NCBI GenBank assembly: GCA_002709665.1
Contig: PAQK01000010.1
Span: forward strand, 24,245-83,800
From: Gemmatimonadota bacterium
GTDB lineage: Bacteria > Latescibacterota > UBA2968 > GCA-2709665
Direction of reading: 5' to 3'
Length of the DNA stretch: 59,556 nt
Shown: positions 1-8,171 of the stretch, piece after piece
Position numbering within the stretch: the stretch's first letter is position 1
How the letters are laid out: every line of letters starts with the position of its first letter
Notes under the pieces: generated by a model
What the model was told of the DNA's origin: nothing
The model's input: only the letters and a program-made list of their open reading frames with translations
Databases searched by the model: none
Position numbers and translations under genes: made by a program

Positions 1-2
1 GG

Positions 3-1388
3 AGCATCTCTTCGGATGCATCCCCACCGGCCGTTATTCCTGGAGGGTTTTCACGGGATTCTGGGGGCGAAAACGGAGTCTTCGAGGAACTGGAGGGAGC
101 TGTGCAGGCCGCTGCAACAGCCCAGCGAGATCTCGAATCCTTGTCCCTGGAAACTCGCAGAGCGATCATCGACGCACTTCGCCAGGCCTCCCTCGATCAT
201 GCCAAGGGCCTGGCACAGATGACCATGGAAGAGACGGGAATGGGTCGCATTGCCCACAAGATCAAAAAATTTGAAGTTGTATCAAGCCTCACTCCAGGGG
301 TGGAAGATCTGGATCCTGTGGCGTGGTCAGGTGATCGTGGTCTCACAGTTGTCGAAAAGGCCCCCTTTGGCGTGGTCGCGGCTGTAACACCCTCTACACA
401 CCCTGTGCCGACAACCATAAACAATGCCATAAGTCTCATTGCTGCCGGAAACAGTGCAGTTTTCGCACCCCATCCCAGCGCGAAGAATGTGTCTATAGTT
501 GGGATCCAGATTCTAGACAAAGCCATCGTTGCAGCGGGTGGTCCCCCAAATCTATTAACAGCAGTCAGGGAACCCAGCATCCGGACCGCACAGGACCTGT
601 TCGTGCATCCCGATGTCGACCTGATCCTTGTCACAGGAGGTGGTGGCGTCGTTAAGGCGGCATTGCAGGCGCCAAAGAGGGCAATTGCGGCCGGGCCGGG
701 AAACCCCCCGGTTGTTGTCGACGAGACCGCCGACTTGGAGAAGGCGGCCGAATCGATTATCGAGGGTGGGGCCTTCGACAACAACATCCTGTGTATAGGT
801 GAAAAAGAAATCTTCGTCGTCCAAAGCGTAGCCGATGAGTTGAAAAGGCATCTACTTAACAAGAGGTGTGTGGAGATCAGTGGCGCACAGATCGATGCGT
901 TAGCCAAAATTGCCTTTCCGATAGATGAAAAAGGCGACTGGTCAATTAATCGCGAACTGGTAGGAAGAAATCCTCACGTTCTCGCTGAGACCATTGGACT
1001 GAATGTGGCCCCGGATACCGAGTTGCTCATCGGCGAAACGCCGGTGGATCACCCCTTCGTCCAACGCGAACAAATGATGCCCTTCATACCCTTGGTGAGA
1101 ACACCTGATGTGGATACCGCCATAAGGCAGGCGATACAGGCAGAACAGGGTTATCACCATACCGCTGTAATGCACTCTAAGAACGTTGAGAGCATGACCA
1201 ATATGGCAAGGGCCTGTAGGTGCACGCTCTTTATTAAAAACGGCCCATCCTCTGCAGGCCTCGGGGCAGGCGGCGAAGGATACACCTCTTTCTCTATAGC
1301 TACACCTACAGGCGAGGGATGTACATCTGCACGGACCTTCACCCGCCAGCGCCGGTGTACGCTCGTAGATTACTTCAGGATCGTCTGA
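3..1388 (+). CDS. CoA-acylating aldehyde dehydrogenase (PduP/EutE-like BMC core enzyme), 5' end cut by window edge
   Basis: The frame stays open back to nt 3 (..GENGVFEELEGAVQAAATAQRDLESLS..), so GTG 102 in the track is probably internal. ALDH-type catalytic Cys context NNILCIGEKE and the PduP/EutE-like tail TFTRQRRCTLVDYFRIV are present. The stop overlaps the next start. Confidence 0.85.
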   Translation, partial: SISSDASPPAVIPGGFSRDSGGENGVFEELEGAVQAAATAQRDLESLSLETRRAIIDALRQASLDHAKGLAQMTMEETGMGRIAHKIKKFEVVSSLTPGVEDLDPVAWSGDRGLTVVEKAPFGVVAAVTPSTHPVPTTINNAISLIAAGNSAVFAPHPSAKNVSIVGIQILDKAIVAAGGPPNLLTAVREPSIRTAQDLFVHPDVDLILVTGGGGVVKAALQAPKRAIAAGPGNPPVVVDETADLEKAAESIIEGGAFDNNILCIGEKEIFVVQSVADELKRHLLNKRCVEISGAQIDALAKIAFPIDEKGDWSINRELVGRNPHVLAETIGLNVAPDTELLIGETPVDHPFVQREQMMPFIPLVRTPDVDTAIRQAIQAEQGYHHTAVMHSKNVESMTNMARACRCTLFIKNGPSSAGLGAGGEGYTSFSIATPTGEGCTSARTFTRQRRCTLVDYFRIV

Positions 1389-1651
1389 TGCGACTCGGAC
1401 AGGTCATCGGCAAGGTGGTGGCTACCCAGAAGGAGACATCCCTTTCCGGTACACGGTTGCTGGTGATTCAGCCCCTCGATCATAGCAGAAAGCATGTTGG
1501 CCGCCCGCTGATCGCTGCGGATGTAGTCAGTTCCGGTCAGGCCGAGACGGTGTATTGGGTTAGTGCAAGAGAAGCCCCCAACGCCCTCCCTTCGGGGCAC
1601 GGCCCTGTTGACGCGGCTATTGTGGGTATCGCAGACCGGATTGATGTGTAG
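1388..1651 (+). CDS. BMC vertex pentamer protein (BMC-P; EutN/CcmL/PduN family)
   Basis: MRLGQVIGKVVATQKETSLSGTRLLVIQPLD.. has the EutN/CcmL pattern. ATG 1388 overlaps the upstream TGA (ctgATGc). The longer track ORF from 1319 lies inside the aldehyde dehydrogenase gene. Confidence 0.85.
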   Translation: MRLGQVIGKVVATQKETSLSGTRLLVIQPLDHSRKHVGRPLIAADVVSSGQAETVYWVSAREAPNALPSGHGPVDAAIVGIADRIDV

Positions 1652-1688
1652 ACGCTGGAATTGAACTCCCAACTCGAGATGATCCCGT

Positions 1689-1976
1689 ATGTTCCTCGCC
1701 CAGGTGCTGGGTAGTGTTGTATCTACCGTTAAACATCAGTCCTATGACGGCACAAAGCTGATGGTCGTGCAACCTGTTTCGCCCGGCGGGACTGTCACTG
1801 AGGATTCCCTTCTCGCCGTCGATACAGTGGGTGCAGGCCCTGGGGAAACTGTTCTGGTGCTCCGTCAGGGTGTTGCGGCTGCACAGGTCCTTGGGATCGA
1901 TCGTCCACCCATCCGTTCCGTGATTGTTGGAATTGTAGACCCGGTGGACACATCAAATTTAAGAAGGCTAAAATGA
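1689..1976 (+). CDS. BMC vertex pentamer protein (BMC-P; EutN/CcmL family), second copy
   Basis: MFLAQVLGSVVSTVKHQSYDGTKLMVVQPV.. is paralogous to the preceding gene. Its stop overlaps the aldolase start (ATGA at 1973-1976). Confidence 0.85.
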   Translation: MFLAQVLGSVVSTVKHQSYDGTKLMVVQPVSPGGTVTEDSLLAVDTVGAGPGETVLVLRQGVAAAQVLGIDRPPIRSVIVGIVDPVDTSNLRRLK

Positions 1977-2800
1977 CACTGCACCAGACAAAAATGGATA
2001 TCCTTGAAGCGGGAAGACGACTTTACCAGAATAGGTACATCGTTTCCAGCGACGGTAATGTTTCGGCTCGTGTCGAGGAAGATCGAATCGTTGCTACTCC
2101 AACTGGCCTATGCAAGGGCACACTGGGGATGGAAGACCTCTGTGTCTGCGATATGGATGGAACCCTTGTAAGCGGCCGCCTGAAGCCCTCGTCCGAGGTG
2201 GGCATGCACCTCTTTCTCTATCGAGAACGTCCAGATATCAAGGCGGTCGTCCACGCCCATCCACCAACTGCTACAGGATTTTCCGTTGCCGGGATTCCTC
2301 TAACGGATTGTGTACTCCCGGAAGTGATCATAACCGTAGGTTCCATCCCGATAGCCAAATATGGGACACCGGGTGGGCCGGAGATCTCAGAGCCGATTAG
2401 GCAGTATGTCAAAGACTACGACGCTTACCTTCTGGAGAACCACGGTGCAACCACCGTCGGGTCGGATGTCATGGACGCCTACTTCAAAATGGAAACGATG
2501 GAACACTTTGCAAAGATTCTCTTCGTTGCCAAGCAATTGGGTGGCGTCAATGTCCTGAATAACGAACAAGTAGGAAAGCTCCTTCAGATACGCGACCGTC
2601 TCGGGATCAAGGGTCCAAATCCAGCATGCGACCTCAACAGTTCACAGCCAGTGCCCCAAGCATCGGCGAATGGCATCCCGACAGTACGGACTCGGTCTGC
2701 AGGCAGTCAGACCGCCCGGCCGGAGGCAGATACTGGCCCGCGGAACAACTTGGTCGATGAAATCACCCGCAGGGTTATGGATCAGCTGAAGAAAGCCTGA
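1973..2800 (+). CDS. Class II aldolase (fuculose/rhamnulose-phosphate aldolase family) with C-terminal linker and encapsulation-peptide-like helix
   Basis: Class II aldolase/adducin motifs are present (SSDGNVSAR, VVHAHPPTATGFS, LLENHGATTVG). Residues ~205-257 are Pro/Ser/Ala-rich, followed by the amphipathic NNLVDEITRRVMDQLKKA. Confidence 0.85.
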   Translation: MTLHQTKMDILEAGRRLYQNRYIVSSDGNVSARVEEDRIVATPTGLCKGTLGMEDLCVCDMDGTLVSGRLKPSSEVGMHLFLYRERPDIKAVVHAHPPTATGFSVAGIPLTDCVLPEVIITVGSIPIAKYGTPGGPEISEPIRQYVKDYDAYLLENHGATTVGSDVMDAYFKMETMEHFAKILFVAKQLGGVNVLNNEQVGKLLQIRDRLGIKGPNPACDLNSSQPVPQASANGIPTVRTRSAGSQTARPEADTGPRNNLVDEITRRVMDQLKKA

Positions 2801-2851
2801 GCCCTTCCCACTCCCTCGGTTGTAGCTCTCACAATCAGCCTCTCCAATTCC

Positions 2852-4030
2852 ATGAAAATCCTAATCGCCAATGTGGGCAGTACATCATTCAAGTACAAGC
2901 TGCTTGAAATGCCCGAGGAAACCACATTGGCTGAAGGTCGAATCGAGCGAATTGGTGATGAAGAGGCCCCGGTCGAGCATCGAATAGGTGAGCAACTTTT
3001 TGTGAAGACCTGTCGGATGCCGGACTATCCTTCCGCAATCAAGGAGGTGATGACGAGCCTCTCAGATCTCATCACACAGCCGGCTGACCTTGATGCGGTG
3101 GGCTTCAAAACGGTACATCTTCGTGGTGAACCTGGCACCTATCTACTCAATGAGGATACGCTTCAGCGGATGGCCGACTACAATGATCTGGCCCCCGCCC
3201 ACAACCCTCCATATATCCAGGCGATTCGGATCTTTCACGAATTGTACCCGGATCTCCCACTGATCGGCCTCTTCGAGACGGCTTTCCACACAACCATTCC
3301 GGACTACGCTTATACCTACGGTTTGCCCTACGAGTGGCAGGAGCAATACGGTGTGCGCAAATACGGATTCCACGGGGCGTCCCACCGATATGTCTCACAA
3401 AGGGTACCCGAATTGATCGATACGCCTGTTGCAGGATTCAAACTGGTCTCCTGTCATCTAGGTGGAAGCGCGTCTCTGTGCGCCATTGTGGATGGATGCT
3501 CAATCGATACAACTATGGGGTTCTCCGCGCAAGACGGGCTCCTGAACAGTACCAGAAACGGTTCCATAGACCCATTCATCATACCCTTTATGATGGACAG
3601 GGAAAGGTTTGCTACATCTGACATCCGCGAAATCCTATCCAAGAAGAGTGGATTGCTGGGTATTTCAGGACTCAGCGGAGACATGCGAGATCTCCAGGAG
3701 GCTGCGCAAAAGGGACATAGACGAGCAAAACTGGCAGTGGATGCGTTCTGTTATGGCGTAAAGACGCAGATCGCTGCTATGGCCGCTGCGATGGGCGGGG
3801 TAGATGCCATCGCCTTCGCCGGCGGCATTGGCGAACGAGGTGCCGACGTCCGTATGCAAGTTTCCAAAGGCCTCGAGTTCCTGGGCGTTTGTATTGACGC
3901 AACGCTCAACCAACAGGGACCTCCGGAACGTGTGATATCGCTACCAGATCCCCCTGTAGATGTGGTTATTGTACAAACAAATGAGGAGATTATAGTCGCC
4001 CGAGAAACAGCCCGTTTCCTTCAGGCCTGA
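2852..4030 (+). CDS. ackA: Acetate kinase
   Basis: MKILIANVGSTSFKYKL.., FHGASHRYV, SCHLGGSASLCAI and FAGGIGE are canonical acetate/propionate kinase motifs. Length is 392 aa. Confidence 0.9.
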   Translation: MKILIANVGSTSFKYKLLEMPEETTLAEGRIERIGDEEAPVEHRIGEQLFVKTCRMPDYPSAIKEVMTSLSDLITQPADLDAVGFKTVHLRGEPGTYLLNEDTLQRMADYNDLAPAHNPPYIQAIRIFHELYPDLPLIGLFETAFHTTIPDYAYTYGLPYEWQEQYGVRKYGFHGASHRYVSQRVPELIDTPVAGFKLVSCHLGGSASLCAIVDGCSIDTTMGFSAQDGLLNSTRNGSIDPFIIPFMMDRERFATSDIREILSKKSGLLGISGLSGDMRDLQEAAQKGHRRAKLAVDAFCYGVKTQIAAMAAAMGGVDAIAFAGGIGERGADVRMQVSKGLEFLGVCIDATLNQQGPPERVISLPDPPVDVVIVQTNEEIIVARETARFLQA

Positions 4031-4043
4031 GGAGTTAACCTCA

Positions 4044-5492
4044 ATGTCTGTGCTCTCCATTCTGCTATTCACATTCCTCCGCTTCTTTACCCCCTCCACC
4101 CTTACTGCCTTCGACCGCGAACTCTGGACAACCTTCGCCAATATGAATGAAGTTACCGCGATTGCCGAGGGTGACACTCACATCTACATTGGAACCACCC
4201 GGGGCATCCGGCGATATGACCGGTATGCCAATCGCTGGATCTCCCCACTCACAACGCTCGACGGTCTTCCACACAACCGCATAAGAGATTTGGCCTATGA
4301 CCCTGCTACGGGTGATCTTTGGGTCGATACACATGCCGGCGAAGTGGTTTGGCTCACCCGCTTGGAATCCATTTCCCTCTTTGTTGAGAAGCCACCACCA
4401 CCTCATCCTCATCTCACCGTACCACCATTGTACTTGCCATTCGGATATCATCTGGATGCACCCAACTGGATCCGTGGAAATCGGAATTCCTATGCAATTA
4501 CTGATATCCATATAGATACGTGGCGGATCCTGTGGCTAGGCACATATGGCCTGGGCGTTGGCCGGGCGGATATGCGAACGGAGGAGTTGGAATTCCACAG
4601 ATTTGGACCCTTGGACGAAAACATAAAGGCAATGGCCCTGGATGGGGAGACCATCTGGTTCGGAGGTGGTCAATCTCAATCCTCCGCCTCCCGGGGCATT
4701 TCACGATACCATACAGGAACAGAGGCCTGGACCTATTTCGAGTCGGAAAACACATTCGAAATTCACAATATCAAGGTATCCACGATATTACCGGACAGTA
4801 CCGATGTGTGGTTTGGTACACCTGAGGGCCTTGTTCGGTTTAAAAGGAAGACCAACCGATGGCTTACTTATAGAATCTCCAGACGAAATTGGGGGCATGT
4901 TACCGCTCTTGCCAGAACACCCAACAGAATCTGGATTGGAACCCTCGACGGCCTTGCGGTTTATGACCCGGGAGTCGACTCAATCAGGACTGTGGGAGGC
5001 AGCGAACGGTTTACCATTTATGATCTTGCCGTTGGACCTCGAAATGTCTGGGCTGGAACCGAATTTGGAATGTTCAATTGCCCATTGGATGATGTGACCT
5101 GGACTCCGGTTCAAGATGACCTGGTAAGAATGCCCGTAAATGGTTTATTCGCCGATTCATCGGGCGTTTGGGCAACCCTCGAATCCCCATCCGCTTTGGT
5201 TCACCTGCCTGCATCGGGCGGCAATTGGCAGCGGTATCCTTTCTCGGAGGTCAGTGGTAATCGCCAGGTCGGAATGGACGCAGACTCCGCTGCTGTATGG
5301 CTGGCTACTGATATGGGCGCGTTCAGGTTCGACATCCGCAGGCAACAGTTCCGAAGGTATCTCCCCTCGGATGGCCTTGTGGACGAAAACGTGAATTCCG
5401 TTCTGCTACAAGATGGGTTTGTTTGGTTCGGAACCTCCATTGGGGCTTCAAGATACCGTTGGGAATTGGATTTCTTTGACTCAAATCATTGA
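4044..5492 (+). CDS. Beta-propeller protein with two-component-regulator-propeller (Reg_prop)-like repeats, N-terminal hydrophobic segment
   Basis: Repeated ..W(F/I/V)GT..GL..(Y/F).. blades occur (IYIGTTRGIRRYD, LWLGTYGLGV, VWFGTPEGLVRF, IWIGTLDGLAVYD, VWAGTEFGMF, VWLATDMGAFRF, VWFGTSIGASRY). GAGGAG lies 9 nt upstream of the ATG. The start is only 13 nt after ackA. Confidence 0.6.
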   Translation: MSVLSILLFTFLRFFTPSTLTAFDRELWTTFANMNEVTAIAEGDTHIYIGTTRGIRRYDRYANRWISPLTTLDGLPHNRIRDLAYDPATGDLWVDTHAGEVVWLTRLESISLFVEKPPPPHPHLTVPPLYLPFGYHLDAPNWIRGNRNSYAITDIHIDTWRILWLGTYGLGVGRADMRTEELEFHRFGPLDENIKAMALDGETIWFGGGQSQSSASRGISRYHTGTEAWTYFESENTFEIHNIKVSTILPDSTDVWFGTPEGLVRFKRKTNRWLTYRISRRNWGHVTALARTPNRIWIGTLDGLAVYDPGVDSIRTVGGSERFTIYDLAVGPRNVWAGTEFGMFNCPLDDVTWTPVQDDLVRMPVNGLFADSSGVWATLESPSALVHLPASGGNWQRYPFSEVSGNRQVGMDADSAAVWLATDMGAFRFDIRRQQFRRYLPSDGLVDENVNSVLLQDGFVWFGTSIGASRYRWELDFFDSNH

Positions 5493-5668
5493 TATAAATG
5501 AATTAAGGTGAATAATACGTTCAGTAGTGATTTAAAAAGTGCGTGACAGAGGCCGCCCTTTTTGTTATCTTTCGATTTGTTCGCCCCTTACGTGATGGCC
5601 TGAAGTCCAACTCCCGAATTGGTCATTATGATTTCCCCTTTGCTCCCCTACAAATCGATTTTTAAATG

Positions 5669-5718
5669 CGGCCAGCCTGAGCTATTCAGCTTCAGCGGGA
5701 TGGCCGTTTTGTGTTTTT
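5669..5718 (+). terminator. Terminator-like imperfect hairpin plus U-tract 26 nt upstream of the BMC-H start
   Basis: An outer stem CGGCCA/TGGCCG encloses an imperfect inner stem (CCTGAGCT..AGCTTCAG), followed by TTTTGTGTTTTT. It may end the upstream operon or act as an attenuator for BMC-H. Confidence 0.5.
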
Positions 5719-5745
5719 AGACAATAAGAGCGGGATCACTATCAA

Positions 5746-6210
5746 ATGAGCAAGAACGCGTTGGGTTTAATTGAAACACGAGGCTTCGTCGGGGTTGTGG
5801 AAGCTGCCGATGCTGCTGTCAAAGCCGCCTCAGTAGAGCTGTCCGCGGTTGAAAAAATCGACGGTGGGTTGATTTCAATCCAACTGCTCGGGGATGTTGG
5901 AGCTGTGCAGGCCGCGGTGCAGGCCGGTGCCGAGGCGGCACAACGTGCAGGGCAGCTTGTTTCTCAACACATAATTCCCAACCCACACGACGATCTCGTA
6001 GATGCTTTTGCATTGGATGGAAAAGATTCAAAAGACTTCGACCTGGAGTCCCTGTCGGTAACGCAGTTGCGCTCCCTCGCACGACAAACTTCCGGGCTTT
6101 CGATCCAGGGCCGTGAAATCTCAAGATCCAATCGCGACCAACTCATACAGGCTCTCAAATTGGCGAGAGATGGAGATCAAGCGGATTCCGGAGAAACTGA
6201 TGGAAACTGA
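5746..6210 (+). CDS. BMC-H hexamer shell protein (Pfam BMC domain, PduA/CcmK-like) with 65-aa C-terminal extension
   Basis: ALGLIETRGFVGVVEAADAAVKAASVEL..GGLISIQLLGDVGAVQAAVQAGAEAA is a canonical single BMC domain (~res 1-90). Residues 91-154 are an extra tail. Confidence 0.85.
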   Translation: MSKNALGLIETRGFVGVVEAADAAVKAASVELSAVEKIDGGLISIQLLGDVGAVQAAVQAGAEAAQRAGQLVSQHIIPNPHDDLVDAFALDGKDSKDFDLESLSVTQLRSLARQTSGLSIQGREISRSNRDQLIQALKLARDGDQADSGETDGN

Positions 6211-6544
6211 CACACTTTGGGAAAGAATCAAACAGGGTGTCCTCGAGAGCGCATCTACGGCAGCCGAGAAGGCGGAGTACCTGGGAAGGATTGGCCGGGC
6301 CAGGCTAGATATTGCTGGTACTCGGCATGCCATTCACGAGGCATTTGCAGAGTTGGGTGGTGTTGTCTACACCTATCTTCAGGATGGAAAAAAAACGGCT
6401 GTTGCTCAGAAGGATGACGTACAGGAACTGGTAGAAAAGATTGGTGCTTTGGAAGATCTGCTCAAGGAACGGGAGGTCTCTCTGGAGGGACTGAGAGACG
6501 GAAATGGTGAAGAGGCACCGGCTGAAGAAACCCAACCCGGGTAG
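6200..6544 (+). CDS. Hypothetical coiled-coil protein (114 aa)
   Basis: The ORF is open from 6113. I prefer ATG 6200 (METDTLWERIKQG..), which overlaps the BMC-H end by 11 nt. The protein is helical and charged with an acidic tail; no family was recognised. Confidence 0.45.
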   Translation: METDTLWERIKQGVLESASTAAEKAEYLGRIGRARLDIAGTRHAIHEAFAELGGVVYTYLQDGKKTAVAQKDDVQELVEKIGALEDLLKEREVSLEGLRDGNGEEAPAEETQPG

Positions 6545-6550
6545 AATACC

Positions 6551-7969
6551 ATGGGCAGAGCGGGTCCAGTCCGGTTGGCAAAAAGATTTCCAATGTCCAT
6601 GATATTCTTGGGATTGAGCCTGATTTCCATCAATCCAGTCGTGGCCTCGGAGAGAAAGAGCCCATTTCCTGAAGTTGCAACCAGTGTCCGATCAACAGTC
6701 GTTAGTATTTCATCAAGTACCGCTAGAGGCAGTAGAATCCCCTGGGCCAAATCCCGACGGAGTCCATCCGCTCATCGGTTTGGTTCCGGATTCATACTGG
6801 ATGCCGACGGTCACATCCTCACCAACAATCACGTTGTAGATGAGGCGTTCGGGATTCAGGTTGCACTTTCGGATGGAACCGAGTTTCCAGCGGAGATTAT
6901 CGGACAGGACCCTGATACCGATCTTGCGCTGATAAAGCTGAAACTCAACCGTCCGATCGCACAGAGTCGCATCGCTAATCTGGGCTCTTCCGACTCTGTT
7001 TCAGTTGGCGATTGGGTTATGGCTGTTGGTAGTCCATTTGGCTTTCACCACACTGTAAGTGTGGGTGTAATCAGCGCGAAGGGCAGGCATCTTGACCGGA
7101 TAGAGGGTGAGGACCTCCCGCCCTCCTACCAGGATTTTCTTCAAACGGACGCTTCCATAAATCCGGGCAACAGCGGTGGGCCGTTGGTAGATCTTGAGGG
7201 AAGCGTTGTAGGAATCAATACAGCCTACAACCCTGGCGGTGCTGGAATTGGGTTCGCGATTCCGATCGATTTGGCGAAGGATGTTGCCGAAGAACTATTG
7301 CACCACGGCGAAATAGTAAGAGGATATCTTGGCGTCCACCCTCAAGATTTGACCCCGGACCTTGCAGAAGCACTTGGTAGAGATGTACCGACAGGGGTAC
7401 TCGTTGCCGAGATAGAACCAGGAAGCCCCGCAGAGAAGGGTGAATTAAGGCGGGGAGATTTGATTCTGAGGCTCGGCGGGCATCCGGTGACCGAAGGCGC
7501 CGATTTTCTGAAACTGGTTGCTGATTTGGTGCCGGAGACATCCGTAGATATTGAAGTATTGCGGGATAATTCAGTTTTAAACCTGCTCGTGAAACCAGGC
7601 AGGCGTATCTCCAGTACCGGTCGTGAACCACCTCCAGTGGCAACCAGTGCCGACTGGCCCGGGTTGGAGGTTGGGAACCGATGGGATCTTGAGAGCCGCC
7701 GTCTCAAGGTGCCAAAGTCGGGACAAGGTGTTGTCGTTACCTACGTGGCTCCTGGTGGCCCTGCCGACAAAAAAGAAATAGAAAGGGGTGATGTCATCCT
7801 GGAAATAGGTGACACCGCCATTTGGAACGTTCGTGATTACCAGACATTGATCGAAAAGGTGCAAGACCACGCCAAACCTACCCTCTTCCTCGTCCTTAAA
7901 AGGAGTGAGGGACACACGTGGTACGTCGCCATTCGGCAAAACGGTAACTCCTCTTCAGTCACACACTGA
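6551..7969 (+). CDS. Periplasmic serine endoprotease, HtrA/DegP/DegQ family (two PDZ domains)
   Basis: The catalytic triad contexts are intact: TNNHVV, DTDLALIKL, GNSGGPLVD. Two PDZ-like segments follow (GYLGV.., GVVVTYVAPGGPA..), and the N-terminus is signal-like. Confidence 0.9.
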   Translation: MGRAGPVRLAKRFPMSMIFLGLSLISINPVVASERKSPFPEVATSVRSTVVSISSSTARGSRIPWAKSRRSPSAHRFGSGFILDADGHILTNNHVVDEAFGIQVALSDGTEFPAEIIGQDPDTDLALIKLKLNRPIAQSRIANLGSSDSVSVGDWVMAVGSPFGFHHTVSVGVISAKGRHLDRIEGEDLPPSYQDFLQTDASINPGNSGGPLVDLEGSVVGINTAYNPGGAGIGFAIPIDLAKDVAEELLHHGEIVRGYLGVHPQDLTPDLAEALGRDVPTGVLVAEIEPGSPAEKGELRRGDLILRLGGHPVTEGADFLKLVADLVPETSVDIEVLRDNSVLNLLVKPGRRISSTGREPPPVATSADWPGLEVGNRWDLESRRLKVPKSGQGVVVTYVAPGGPADKKEIERGDVILEIGDTAIWNVRDYQTLIEKVQDHAKPTLFLVLKRSEGHTWYVAIRQNGNSSSVTH

Positions 7970-8171
7970 AGGTGATCTCAAGCACCCTTTATCCAGGAGG
8001 CAGTTAAATGTAGATACTCCCCTTCTACGGTGAAGATTTAGAGACCTATTCGAGATCAGCAAGGTTCACTGCGACAGTCTAAACCCCTCTGGAGATTTCC
8101 GGGTATCCCTTTGTCATCCGGACCTCCATCCAACCGCACTGTACCTCCCCGGTGCAAGGAGAGGCTGACGA

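Noticed and set aside
5628-5720. 30-codon ORF (MISPLLPYKSIFKCGQPELFSFSGMAVLCF) running through the terminator-like hairpin upstream of BMC-H, as a leader peptide.
   Set aside because: There is no SD upstream of its ATG, no enrichment for any regulatory amino acid, and nothing links it to the pathway. It is probably fortuitous.
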